Shown here piece after piece: positions 12,924 to 26,857 of a DNA stretch of 64,000 nucleotides. Below the pieces are notes generated by a model. That model saw only the letters and a list, made by a program, of their open reading frames with translations, was not told the origin of the DNA and did no database searches. The position numbers and the translations under genes are program-made. The stretch lies in NCBI RefSeq assembly GCF_001194135.2, contig NC_068982.1:164014827-164078826 (forward strand), read 5' to 3'. Numbering within the stretch: position 1 is the stretch's first letter; each line of letters starts with the position of its first letter. Source of the DNA: Octopus bimaculoides (taxonomy: Eukaryota).

Positions 12924-13305
12924 GGCGTAGACGTGGCTGTGTTGTAAGAAGATTGCTTCCTGACCACATAGTTCCGGGTTCAGTCCCACTGCGTGGCACC
13001 TTGGGCAAGTGTCTTCTATAGTCTCGGTTCGACCAAAGCCTTGTGAGTGGATTTGGTAGACGGAAACTGAAAGAAGCCCATCGTATGTATGTATGTATGT
13101 ATGTATCTACGTTTCTTTGTGTTTGTTTCTCTATCGGCGCTTAACAACCACTGTTGATTTGCTTACGTTTCCGTAAGTTAGCTGTTCGGCAAAAAGAGAT
13201 TGATCGAATAAGTACCAGGCTTTAAAAAGAAATAAAGAAGTACTGGGGATCAATTCATTCGACTTAATCCCTTCAGAGTGGTACTCCAGCATGGCCGCAG
13301 TCAAA
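12924..13305 (+). mobile_element. tRNA-derived CORE-type SINE family B
   Basis: ggcgtagacgtggctgtg..taag head, gggttcagtccc B box, CORE-like gcaccttgggcaagtgtctt, internal (TATG)n, 3' ccagcatggccgcagtcaaatg; further copies at 48094, 56633 and 58980. Confidence 0.85.
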
Positions 13306-13929
13306 TGTATGCATGTATGTAAACAGGCATGTATGTATAGTAAGGGATTCTACACCATTTTTCCCTACTACATTTTACGTATAAAATTTTGCTCAAGTGA
13401 CTTCTGCGTACTGGGTTATCAACATAGTTGAGAATAAAAAGACTCTTTTGTGAGGGTGAGAAAGTTTTCGGCGAATAGATAATATTACATATTTATTCTA
13501 AAAGAAAGTATGATGTAATAGCTTTTACATGACGTCGTATTTGTAGAAACGAAGTGATTCGAGTTTTACCGCATGAGCGACGTCGAGAAAAATCGAGATT
13601 GAGATGTGCACCTAAAGTTTGAACACAATACCCTGTCGTATATGTTTCACTTCCTCGTCTAATGTTCCCATGAAAGACTTGAGCGTTACATTTCGCCTTT
13701 AATCCAGTTCTAAAATAAGAAAAATATTCTTATTAGTCTTTGATGAATGCGTATGATCCTAGAATGTACAATAACAAATCCTATTTATTGCATTTTTGCT
13801 CCGAGTAAACACATATCTATTCTTCATATATTTTACACGCAATCACACACCCACATAAACACACGCACACATATGTATACACACAAACACACACAAATAC
13901 ACACAAACACACATATGTANNNNNNNNNN

Positions 13930-13982
<53 letters not shown>

Positions 13983-14799
13983 CATGTAATTATATGTTTG
14001 TATGTATGTATGTATATAATATGAGCACACACATATACGTATGTACAAACATATATACATACATATACACACACATATACACTCACGCGATTGTATGTTG
14101 TGTATGTATAATCAATTAAAGCCAGAGTGAAAATGATCATTAGTAACCAATTATAATTTGAAGTAACAATCGGGATTCTTATGTAAACAAAGTACAAATA
14201 GGAATTTCAGTCCAGTAATCAAAGGAAAAATTGTGAACATTGTATGTTGTATGAATTATTTTGATATACCAATATAATCCATAACATTATGTGCTTAATC
14301 AATAAAACTATTTGACGAAACTAGAAAATAAACCCATAATGTTTTGAATGAATAGATTTAGCAAAAACATAAAAGTTTTAGTTCTGGAAATAGAAAAAAG
14401 AAACTATTGAGAAAAGTAATTTAATATTTCTCGACTCTCCATCAATTGTTCTGCAGCCACAATAACAAAAAGCAAAGGTGGAGGAGAAATATTGTTAAAT
14501 ATGCAACCATATCTGTTGAAGTTTCTTATATTTCTGCATTTAACTGGGGAAGTTTTAGTGATCTGGGGAAAAAAAAGTCGTTATTTATATATTTATATAT
14601 ATCAAGACCGCTGCCTAATGGAAGGTATATTTCAAGTTTTCAAATAAGGGTTTATAACCCCTGGTCATAGAAGATATTTTATTAGAATATTCAGCTTTTT
14701 GAATACGGAACAAATTCGTTCATACATAAGTATATATACACTTACCTACTCACACGCATATATGTATATATAAATGCACGTATGCATGCATGTATGTGC

Positions 14800-15020
<221 letters not shown>

Positions 15021-16279
15021 CACAGACACATATATATATTTATATATTTATGCATATAGACTCGTACAAAAATTCGTATATCAATACATATACATATATG
15101 TGTGTGTGTGAATGATATTTTTTGCTAATGCTCTTTTGTTTGTGTGAAGTTTTGACGATTTAGTAGGAAGGCCAGCAATAACGTCATCTCCACACAGCGA
15201 TTTGGAAATAGCAACTGAAGAGGAAGAAGATAAAGAAAGAAAATCAAAACGAATGCTTTTATAGATGCTTCTTTGACAGTTGGCTTAAAAGCCTACTTTC
15301 TTGGAACTGTAAAATAACAAATGGCTTTACAAGCGAATCAGACAGTGAAACTTCTCCACATTTGTTAAATGTGAAGATTAGATATAATATTTCTTTTGTT
15401 GGGGTGCTTACATAGATAACCGATATTGATCTTTTTCCTCAAGCACAAAGCCTTATTGTGAACAAAAGACAGTGAAAGTAAAGGAGGAAGTGGAGGAGGA
15501 GGAAGAGAAAGAATGTGGGAAACATTATTCGATTGAATTAAGCGCAATGTATTACTGGTATAACTTCTAAGCGACGAGAATATAAAGTATAATGCACTCA
15601 TCCTTAAGGTCATCGGTTTGTATTCTGTCATCAGTAAACTCTTTCAAATATTTTTGTTGCAAGTAACAGGAGAATGTTAGAACTCTTGCATTTCATGCCC
15701 TTGGACTTGTAGGTTCACTTCTTCCTATGTTCTCTGTTCATAGATCAGTATAGTTTCTCTGAATCTTATTGTCACGCGACGCCTATATACTATCAATACG
15801 AATCTAACTACTATTTATTTTATCAATATCGGATGAATATCATACCAAGCGCGTTCTCTCCCAACACTATCTCACTTGCAATTAATTAGAAGTCATCAAA
15901 AAATGCTCTGATGAATTCTAATTAAGAAAGAAACGAATTTGTGCGCATTCTTCTAAATAAATATTAATTATTGTTTCCAAAGTGTATGTATGTGTGTATG
16001 TGTGAGTGCGTGTGAGTGTGTGTGTCCGTGCGTGTGTGTGTATGCATATGTTTATAATTTTGATTGAAGTATATACCACGCATTTTCTCTTTATATATCT
16101 GAAAAAGTGTAATTAACATTATTCTATTTCAACTATCAAAATTAATGCAGTGTCACGTGATAATGCAATATTTTGAAAATATGTCGGTTGGGCAATTTTC
16201 ACAAGTAACCATATACATACTTATATTTCAATATATACACATATATATATGAAGACAAATACATAAATATGCATAGATA

Positions 16280-16422
<143 letters not shown>

Positions 16423-17373
16423 AACTATACTGACTTTACATATACACACATACTTTACCGTATCATGGCTGAATTGAGACAAATCTCGCTTGGGATTACC
16501 AAATGAATGAATGTGATAAATGCAATGAAATTGAATAACCCTGTAACATTTAATGAATTGTTCATTTTTACTGTGAGTTCAAATCTTATCTGTTTTGATT
16601 TTGCATACTTTTGAAATCCTTGGTCGTTAAAAAAGTACCTAACATCCTCTTCAACGGGAGTACATTCAATCACGTGAAACACTTCTCAAAAGTCATGTGA
16701 GAAAATTTATATTTTATAAACGTAGTTGAGTATTTGGGCGAAATAACAGGATTCATTTATTTTTGTTCCTCTAACTTCGAATTCTTCCTAGTGATATTGG
16801 ATGTATTCAAACGGTCATATGTCCATGACTCGTAAATAAACCTTAGTTTTGTGCAATGCTGACAGTGAACTTTCCCGAACCTAAGCAAATTTGTAAATGA
16901 TATACATAACCTTTTGATAGATATTTGTCCGCGCGTCGATCTCACCGGTCTTAAGGTGCGCATGGAAATTATTGGAGTAGACCTTTCTCCAGAACAAATG
17001 AAAAGAACAAAAATTGTCCATCTACATTTGTACATTCACTGTCGAATGAATCCATGACTTCATATCTAAAGTGTAAGGAATTATATTTTTAACTTAATGC
17101 ATTCCTTCATTTAATGTATTCTCGTAAATCATATGAACATGTAATAATGTGAAGCATAATGCGAAGCTATATTGGAAACATGGCATAAGTGTAGAACAAA
17201 TTCTTCTATTTGAATAAATAGAATTAGAGAATAAGAGAAAGAGAGAGAAAAGGAGAGATTGATGTGTATAGATAGAAAGAGAACATGAGAAAGAAAATGA
17301 AAGAAAGCGAGAATAACAAAACAGAAGCGTTATTATTAATTCTAATCTGCAAGTGAATTAAAGAGTTTGGGTC

Positions 17374-17592
17374 AAAATCGTGGCCTGCAAGAATTCCGAA
17401 CTATCTTGGCATTTGGGATTAAAAGAATGGAGAAAAGCTGTCAGTTTTGATACAGTGAGTTTGTGAATTTGATCCCATTTTGAATTCTCTATTATTGTCA
17501 AGAAAGAAAGAAATAAGAGATAAACAGAGAGAAAGTGGGAGAGTTATCAGTTCAACACAGATAGAGCGTCAATGTCGCTGTTATGGCATAAT
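17374..17592 (-). repeat. Copy 1 of an unclassified ~210-bp repeat (left arm of an inverted repeat)
   Basis: Reverse complement aligns with 17884-18082, e.g. ggaattcttgcaggcca(c/t)gatttt and tgtgtt(g/c)aactgataactctccca. Confidence 0.85.
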
Positions 17593-17869
17593 GGAAAGTT
17601 GGTGGTATTGAGCTAATACAACCGCTTGAGACTATTCATATATCGACGCCAGTATGTGATAAAACTATAGCCAGAGTTGACTTATTTCATCTTGCCTTGT
17701 TCGATACTTTAAATATCAGTAATATACTTAATCCTTTAACACGATTATGTCATCCTATCAAAAGAATTTAACTGTGTGTTTAGGTAAAATAGATGTTACA
17801 TTTTTAGAGAGTGGAATGGCTGTAAATTTATTTCACATTACTTAATCTGAAGCATGAAAGAAACGAGCG

Positions 17870-18082
17870 CACGGGCTTCAACAATTATGCTATAACAACG
17901 ACAATAACACTGGAATATGTGTTCAACTGATAACTCTCCCATTTTCTCTCTCTTTATATGCCACTCCTTTTCTTTGACAATAATAGGGAATTTAAAACGG
18001 GATCTAATTCACAAATCGACTGTATCAAAACAGTTTTTCCCAAGAGCCAAAATATTTTGGAATTCTTGCAGGCCATGATTTT
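17870..18082 (+). repeat. Copy 2 of the unclassified ~210-bp repeat (right arm)
   Basis: See copy 1; also aligns directly with 19250-19460. Confidence 0.85.
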
Positions 18083-19249
18083 CTAATTGGCTTTTGGTTA
18101 TGGCATTATTGATAAAACAATTAATGCAATGAATAGTTGTTGAGTAGCCATAGGTCATCTCTGATGAAACAGAACTATTTTCAAAAGCTTTCCAACCGTG
18201 CCTATGCACTCATTTATTGCGATTATGCTCTAAGATTGAAGGCTGCATTATATGAGAGATATTTGTCTTCTAATTCTATGATTTCGAGCGACCACTCAAA
18301 CACAGGGTTCATTGTTAGTGTCATTCTTGGTTATCCCAAACTCCCTTCAAACACACTGTTAATTAGCCCTCGAAAATGTTAAACGTCATAATAGCCCTAT
18401 TTCTTTGCGTTTAATAAAAATGAAGCACACTATCCAATTACAATTTTTGCAGGTTAATATCAGAGAATATGAACAGAGAAAGGAAAAGGAAACCTTAGAG
18501 TGATGGTCATATCGCGGAGCAGTGACAGAGGAAACATTAATAAACATTGAAAGCAGAATACAAACGTTTATTAAAAAATATCGTTTAGTGGGAACTTCGA
18601 GGGTGGTAAGGGCGTTGATAGCATACTGACAGATGGTTCGTTCACACGAACAGAGATTGATGTAACATATGTATAAAATATAGAGGGTGGTTAATAGGTA
18701 TATGGTACTGTATCAATATGAAAAAGAAAACGGCTCTTTAAGGAAAGTGAATCAAGTTATTAAATATCACGTAACTTGGAAAAAGCTGAAACTTATCTAT
18801 ACATTTATTTGTACAAAGGTAATATATAAACATACAGTCATATTTATATGTATTTAATCAAGTTGAATCGGTACTTTAGTAAATATTATTCGACCATAAA
18901 TGCTGTTGCTAGTATAAGTAGTTTTTGTTGACTTTCACTGCTTCGACTGCGATGATGGTGATTGTGCTGGAACTGTGGTTTCAGCAGACATGTCAGTTGA
19001 GAGTAGAGTTGCTGTTGTTAATAATGTGTTTCCGATGTTCGTATTGTTGGGCTGTGATGTTGTTAGGTAATTTAATTTAGTTGGAGCTTGGAACACTGTT
19101 ATTGCTTGGCGTGCTGTGTCTGTCATTGTTTGAGTTGTTGTTGTTCTTCTTGCTCCATACGATTTTTCTGCTGTTGCTACTCTCTTCTTTCCTCTCAGTG
19201 GACGACGGCAGTCTATAGAAATCGTTTTCATCAAAGAGAACATCTTCAC

Positions 19250-19460
19250 CACGAGCTTCAAAAGTTTTGCTACAACGACGACAATAACGCTTAAATCTGT
19301 GCTAGACTGATAATTCTCAATTTTATCTAACGGTATCTCTCGTTATTCTTCACAATAATAGGGAATTTAATATGGGTTCAAATTCATAAATCGACTCTTA
19401 CAAAATAATTTTTTTCCAGTCTTTCATTCTGGGCTGTTGTTAAAATTACGGCCATGTTTA
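19250..19460 (+). repeat. Copy 3 of the unclassified ~210-bp repeat
   Basis: cacgagcttca...acgacaataacgc...ctgataattctc...acaataatagggaattt...aaatcgact...ggccatg shared with copy 2. Confidence 0.75.
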
Positions 19461-19561
19461 ATGTTTTAAAAATATTTTCTTCCAGAGAAAATTTTAAAAA
19501 AGTATTTAAACCCCAAATGAGTAAAAATAAAGTAATCAACGGAGCCTCTTTCTCACTGGCG

Positions 19562-19638
<77 letters not shown>

Positions 19639-19983
19639 TATTTGTTTAAGGTTGTTGCTTACTGAAACAGTTTCATTCTCCTTCCTATAGGCTTTATTAG
19701 CTGCATTTGTACACCGTTTTTCTATAGTTCAATGAAACATGAATGGGCAACTTTCGGGAAGTTTTGCATACATTTCTCATCAGAAGTATGCAAAACATAT
19801 TTTAAATTTATTTTTGACGTGTTTTCATTTAGCCGGCATTTTTTGACAAGTCTTATCTCAGTCGATTTCTTCCGAAAGGATGAAATGCAATGTTGTCCTC
19901 GGTGGGGGTTGAAACTAGAGTTGCAAAATGCAGGAATTACGAGTCCAAAATAATCTAGGCCAAACCATATCGACTCTGCAAAT

Positions 19984-20103
<120 letters not shown>

Positions 20104-20168
20104 TGTGTGCGTGTGTATGCATGCATGCATATATGTATGTATTTATGTATGAGTCTAGNNNNNNNNNN

Positions 20169-20210
<42 letters not shown>

Positions 20211-20509
20211 CAGCTAAGCGCAATATAATGCCATAAAGGAAAAAGTTTATCGTCACTAATGATGACTGAGGGAGCCGAAGCACATATATTACAAGAAATA
20301 AGTGTTAAAGACTCTTAATGCAAGACGAAGCGTGCAATATATATACACTGACAGGGGAGGTAACCGCCCCATGAACATCTCTAGGATCACTAGACTAGTC
20401 TCGTCTATCAGTCGTAAGATCGTTAGTAGTGAATACTCAAACGCTCGAAGTGTATATCTATGTATGTATATATATATAATATATTCTAGAGTGATTTTGT
20501 TTTTATAGT

Positions 20510-20910
20510 AGGAATATATTTATCTAAGATTAATTTACTTAGCTTACATAGATCGGATTTATTAGAGTAGACTAGTCTAACTTCCGTGTCTGTTAATTTT
20601 CTTTATGATCCTTAATTGTTATGCTGGGTCTGGAAGGTGCGAAAGGTTCAGTTTTCTCTTCTATGTTGTAGTTTGTCATAATCTTCTTGGTAGATAAGTT
20701 CAAAAGTCTTAAAGTGTAATTAGGCACTATTTTGTATATCTTCGTTATTTCTTTATGCAGCAAACGTGGTATAAATTAATATCCAAATTATATGAGTTCC
20801 TGGTTTTGTCGGGGTGTACAATAATTCCCTTTTGCGATTTCAGTTTGTGCAGTAGGCCCTTTAAGCTTATTTAGTAAGCATTATTCTTTAGTGGGTGTCG
20901 TTTAAATTTT
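20510..20910 (-). mobile_element. Fossil PLE, N-terminal RT region (possibly Naiad-type)
   Basis: Minus strand gives IIVHPDKTRN (20796-20826) and ITIKDHKEN (20596-20622), then a decayed LINP..S.L.K.SK.ILD-like stretch, as in invertebrate PLE RTs. Confidence 0.55.
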
Positions 20911-21640
20911 AGGTTCTTAATAGTATCCCATAGTGCATATATATATATATATATATATANNNNNNNNNNNNNNNNNNNNNNNNNNNNNNNNNNNNNNNNN
21001 NNNNNNNNNNNNNNNNNNNNNNNNNNNNNNNNNNNNNNNNNNNNNNNNNNNNNNNNNNNNNNNNNNNNNNNNNNNNNNNNNNNNNNNNNNNNNNNNNNNN
21101 NNNNNNNNNNNNNNNNNNNNNNNNNNNNNNNNNNNNNNNNNNNNNNNNNNNNNNNNNNNNNNNNNNNNNNNNNNNNNNNNNNNNNNNNNNNNNNNNNNNN
21201 NNNNNNNNNNNNNNNNNNNNNNNNNNNNNNNNNNNNNNNNNNNNNNNNNNNATATATATTTATATATATATATATATATATATATACTTTTGCTACTATT
21301 CATTACCTCCAGCTATATTTTATTTATAACATAAGCGTCTGAAGTGTACAAATTTCTTCTGTGTTCCAGCCCTTTGATTTCTGAAATACCGGGTAGTAGA
21401 CTTAATATTAACATCTGGTATTTCGATTGCTTTTGTTGAGTTCACTCTCTTCCTTTCAACAGTTAAGGGAACCAGAGAAAAGTTGGTGCTTTACCTTTAG
21501 CTACTCAACATGAATATTAGTCAACCACTTTAATCTTACTGGCATATAAGACCCCACCTCAGTCATGGGCACTATATCTCGCTCCTCTTTATATGCTATA
21601 AAACATGTTGACGATAAGCATGACAAAAGTTGCCAAAACA

Positions 21641-21694
<54 letters not shown>

Positions 21695-23129
21695 TGCAAC
21701 ATGGGAGTCATATGTGAAATACGTGAGTATATGAGGTAGTGTGAATATTATTTGATATAGAATTAGAAGACAACGAGAAAGAAAGTGAGAAAGAGAGAAA
21801 GAAAGAGCAAGAAAGAGAGAGAGATAAAGAAAGAAAGAGAGAGAGAAAAAAGAATGAATGGGAGAGAGAGAGAGAGAAAGAAAGAAAGGGAGATTGAGAA
21901 AGAATGAAATGGAGAGAGAGAAAGAAAGAGAGAGAGACAGACAAACAAAGAGAGAAGATAAATAGAAAAAAAAAAGGATAAATAGAAAAAAAGCCCGAGA
22001 GAGCAAGAGATGATACTAATAATATATGTTCGTGGTGGCGGTGGTAATTATATTTTCGTTGTTTGTAGTCATGGTAATGATAGAAGAGTGCCGGTAGTCC
22101 CCCCTCTCTCTCACTCACTCATTCTCTCTCTCTCACATATTGCAGGCGAATTGACAGTCACCCTTTCTCACTCTTTTCTGCTTATCTCTCCCTCATTCTC
22201 TCTTTTTCTCCCATAACATTCCTTTTTACCCTATTTGACTTACTTCCGTTAGTGCGATACAAAAGGTAAGTAGGAAGGTCCTATTGTCTTTACAGGTTTA
22301 TTTATTCAACGACCTGAGAACTCAGGAGAGTTATTTCTAGTGTAAGGTTTAACAATTTTCACCAAATAATAACAATTTTCATGATTATCCATCGCAAATA
22401 ACGTAATTTTATTTATTTATACATTCAAAATTATAAACTTCCTGATTTAATGATTTAAATGTTTATATGTTTATTAAACGATGATAATTAAGCCGGATTT
22501 ATTTGGAAAAGAATAATTTATCTGTTGACTTTTCTTAAAGTCTAAAAGGCTTCTTCTTGATTTAATGGTTCAATATTAATTATTCAATGGATAAACATTT
22601 TTACCTTACATTTAAGTACTTACATTTAGACTTTTAAATTGCTATCTACTTGTAATTATTTATTTATTGATTTTAGCACAAACTTTAACAATTATTGTTC
22701 GAAGACTATATTCTTCCACTATCCTTCATTTTTATCAACTGTCATCCATTGTCTTGCTAAATCCGTATGTCAGCTCCATCCCATACCAACACCTATAAAA
22801 ACTACATCAAGACGTCGCTACCTACGTAAGATTGCGAAATAAAAACAAATCCATACCATACAACGTCAGATGGAAGTTCCGTAAAATACTCTGAGAACAA
22901 ACAAGAAACTACAGACTACGCATCATCTGTACCACATAGACAGTGCCGTTCTTTTCTCCTCACACAGACACCAGTAGCCATTCAACCAATGTTAACACCA
23001 GTGTACAATTCTCACTCTGCTTCTACGACTGACCACTCGCCTTCTTTATCCACCCCTTAGTATAGAAACACTGAACACCTCTCAAAACCGTGATACTTTG
23101 ATGAAACAATTTAGTAAAAAAAAAAAGGA

Positions 23130-23280
23130 AATTAGTTGTGTCGGCCACATGTTGGCAGAGAACTTAGGACATCGAATAGAACGCTACACAGTGTTTGTTC
23201 CGACACCCGGCACTCTGAGTTCAAATCATGCCGAGGCCAATTTTACCTTTCATCCATTCGGACTCGATAACTATTTCGTT
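23130..23280 (+). mobile_element. SINE family A, decayed
   Basis: gttggcagagaacttag...ctctgagttcaaatcatgccgaggcc...tttcatccattcggactcgataa. Confidence 0.65.
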
Positions 23281-23847
23281 TCCTCCCTCCTGTCTGTCTC
23301 GGGTGTCCTTCAGGAGAAAAGGGTAGAAACAAACTTATATACGTAGAAATTACTTTTGTTGTTGCTAAGAAACACGCAATTTATCACTAAACGAACTTTT
23401 GAGATGTGAGAGAAGAATCCCGATGTTCGATGTTGCAACAGCGTATAGCACTGCTCTATGACTTACAGAAGATGGGTTCGAATCCTACAGGCAATATTAA
23501 AAGCATTTTCGTCTTATATCTATATAAATACACACACGCGCACCTACTCACACATACACACACACACATATGATATAGATATATGTATGCACCTTTGTTT
23601 ATATGTAAATGTAGATATATGTAAATATGTGTGTGTGTGTGTATATATATATATATACATGTATATATATATATATATATACATGTACTTACACACACGA
23701 GCGCACACATATACACATATATATATATATACTCATATACATATATTTAAATCTATATATATAGATATATTTGCATATATATATATATGTGTGTAACACA
23801 GACATAGACATACGTATATATACACTCACGCACATTCGCACATATTG

Positions 23848-23879
<32 letters not shown>

Positions 23880-24832
23880 TGTGATATAATGTTATTCTTA
23901 AAAATAACTATTGGTATAAAAGACAAATCTTATATGATCTATTCTTACTTCTTCATACATTGCTAAAATTGCATAAAAATGACAGGAAGAAAATATTGCA
24001 AAGATTTCTTATACCTTCCTTCATGACACGTTGGTGTATTCATTTATTTAGCAGACCGGGAATACTGCCAACAACGACCAGAATATCTGCTGTTAATTTG
24101 GAAGAAGTGCCAGAGTTGATGCAAAAATACTACATAGCCTTTCCTCTTTTTTTTTCTTTTTTTTTTCGACTTCTGGAGAATAAAACCTAAAATCAAATTG
24201 AATCTGCATGCAGGCTTGAGTAGATATACGCGTGTCTATGTATGTGTCTGTATGCATGTACGTGTGTGTGTGTGTGTGTGTGTGTGTATGCGTTTGTATG
24301 ACTACACGAACGAGTATGCATTTCTCATACACGCGTACATATCACAGTATTGATATTTTTAACCTCCTCTTACTGAACGTGGTGGAAGCTATATTGGGAT
24401 GTCTCATTATAAGAACGTTACTGCAGCAAATCTGAACAAGGAAATATGGGAAGACAACAACTCTTTAGTTTTTTTTTTCTTTATTACTTTTCTTTCTCTG
24501 CCTTGCATCAAATTTTTAAGCGCATCAGAGTGTTCCAGAATTGCACTGCACCAATATTGCTATTTTATATTTTCGGACTTTTTCTACTTTCTTTACTTTA
24601 TCTCATTTTTCAACACCCATAAGAAGTTGATTCCTAATTTGTTACGTCTTCATCAAGAGATAAGTATAGACTGGTTCCTAGTTGCTTTCTATTTCCGGGT
24701 CTGACATTGAGCATATTTCACAGTAACATGTCATATATGTGTAGAAAAAAAAAATATGAAGTATACTGGAAAAATTAAAACATTCGGAATACTGTAGTTT
24801 TTGTGTTTATGAAATATATGTATAGTTAGTTA

Positions 24833-26060
24833 GTTTTTGTTTGTGGCAGATGTTCAGGTGCAATAAAGACTGCAAACAAACAGGAAACAACTTCTATCTC
24901 ATTCCAGGGTGAAAAACTAGAGGTAGTCGATAGCTTCCGCTATCTGGGCGACCAAGTTAGTAGTGGGGGTGGGTGCGCTGAAAGTGTAGCTGCTAGAATA
25001 AGAATAGCCTGGGCAAAGTTTAGAGAGCTCTTACCCCTGCTGGCGACAAAGGGACTCTCACTCAGAGTAAANNNNNNNNNNNNNNNNNNNNNNNNNNNNN
25101 NNNNNNNNNNNNNNNNNNNNNNNNNNNNNNNNNNNNNNNNNNNNNNNNNNNNNNNNNNNNNNNNNNNNNNNNNNNNNNNNNNNNNNNNNNNNNNNNNNNN
25201 NNNNNNNNNNNNNNNNNNNNNNNNNNNNNNNNNNNNNNNNNNNNNNNNNNNNNNNNNNNNNNNNNNNNNNNNNNNNNNNNNNNNNNNNNNNNNNNNNNNN
25301 NNNNNNNNNNNNNNNNNNNNNNNNNNNNNNNNNNNNNNNNNNNNNNNNNNNNNNNNNNNNNNNNNNNNNNNNNNNNNNNNNNNNNNNNNNNNNNNNNNNN
25401 NNNNNNNNNNNNNNNNNNNNNNNNNNNNNNNNNNNNNNNNNNNNNNNNNNNNNNNNNNNNNNNNNNNNNNNNNNNNNNNNNNNNNNNNNNNNNNNNNNNN
25501 NNNNNNNNNNNNNNNNNNNNNNNNNNNNNNNNNNNNNNNNNNNNNNNNNNNNNNNNNNNNNNNNNNNNNNNNNNNNNNNNNNNNNNNNNNNNNNNNNNNN
25601 NNNNNNNNNNNNNNNNNNNNNNNNNNNNNNNNNNNNNNNNNNNNNNNNNNNNNNNNNNNNNNNNNNNNNNNNNNNNNNNNNNNNNNNNNNNNNNNNNNNN
25701 NNNNNNNNNNNNNNNNNNNNNNNNNNNNNNNNNNNNNNNNNNNNNNNNNNNNNNNNNNNNNNNNNNNNNNNNNNNNNNNNNNNNNNNNNNNNNNNNNNNN
25801 NNNNNNNNNNNNNNNNGTGCGGGTGGCACATAAAAGACACCATTTCGAGCGTGGCCGTTTTCGTGCGGGTGACACGTAAAAGCACCCACTACACTCCCTG
25901 AGTGGTTGGCGTTAGGAAGGGCATCCAGCTGTAGAAACTCTGCCAAATCAGACTGGAGCCTGGTGATGCCACCCGGTTTCACCAGTCCTCAGTCAAATCG
26001 TCCAACCCATGCTAGCATGGAAAGCGGACGTTAAACGATGATGATGATGATGATGATGAT
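24833..26060 (+). mobile_element. 5'-truncated RTE-clade LINE (RT C-terminus, gap, 3' UTR, (GAT)n tail)
   Basis: Open frame VFVCGRCSG...EKLEVVDSFRYLGDQVSSGGGCAESVAARIRIAWAKFRELLPLLATKGLSLRV (24833-25071); after the gap, ggcgttaggaagggcatccagctgtagaaac...ggacgttaaac(gat)n. Confidence 0.9.
25072..25816. other. Assembly gap inside the RTE element
   Basis: N run. Confidence 1.
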
Positions 26061-26495
26061 ATATATATATTGTTTTGTAGCAAGCTAGAGCATTTTCTTT
26101 AATTTGAAACCTCTGAATATGAAGATTGGAGTTCAGAATCAGATTAGGAAATAAAATATTACAGTATAATACTTTTATTTGCTTGAATATGTGATGGCTG
26201 CAGATGTATATCTAAGCTATAGTAGTAATTGAAACCACAACAGAAATAATTCCCGGTCATAATTCGTGCAGTTACAAGAAATGAATCGTAATGATCAGGT
26301 TAACATGTTTACTTGAAGATGGGAATTTTCAACCTGGCGATGAAATTTTGCTTTGTTACCATCTATTTAGTGCTGTCAAGTCAATACAACATAAAATCTC
26401 TCCGCATTTTAGGTAGTAAATATATCCCATTATCACATGATCCATAGAGGATTACAGCAGATTTTGTTCTATTGCAATATTCAAATCACGACAAG

Positions 26496-26857
26496 AAGGG
26501 AGCGAGCTGGCAGAAACGTTAGTACGCCGGGCAAAATGCTTAGCGGTATTTCGTCTGCCGTTACGTTCTGAGTTAAAATTCCGCCGAGGTCGCCTTTGCC
26601 ATTCATCCTTTCGGGGTCGATAAATTAAGCACCAGTTACGCACCGGGGTTGATGTAATCGACTTAATCCCTTTGTCTGTCCTTGTTTGTCTCCTCTGTGT
26701 TTAGCCCCTTGTGGGCATAAAGAAATAAGAAACGTTAGCACGCCGGGCGAAATGCTTAGCGGTATTTAATCTGTCTTTATGTTCTAAGTTCAGATTCCAC
26801 AGAGGTCGTCTTTACCTTTCATCCCAAAAAATTCGGGCCTTGTACATAGAGTAGAAA
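26496..26857 (+). mobile_element. SINE family A tandem dimer
   Basis: Well-preserved copy at 26496-26730 runs into a second head (aaacgttagcacgccgggcgaaatgcttagc); aatattcaaa(t/c)cac flanks the pair at 26476-26489 and 26860-26873. Confidence 0.9.

Noticed and set aside
24940-25982. 275-311-aa minus ORFs (similarly 34420-35433, 46470-47681, 59017-60312)
   Set aside because: They are open only because they cross N gaps; the real coding signal at 24833-25071 is on the plus strand.
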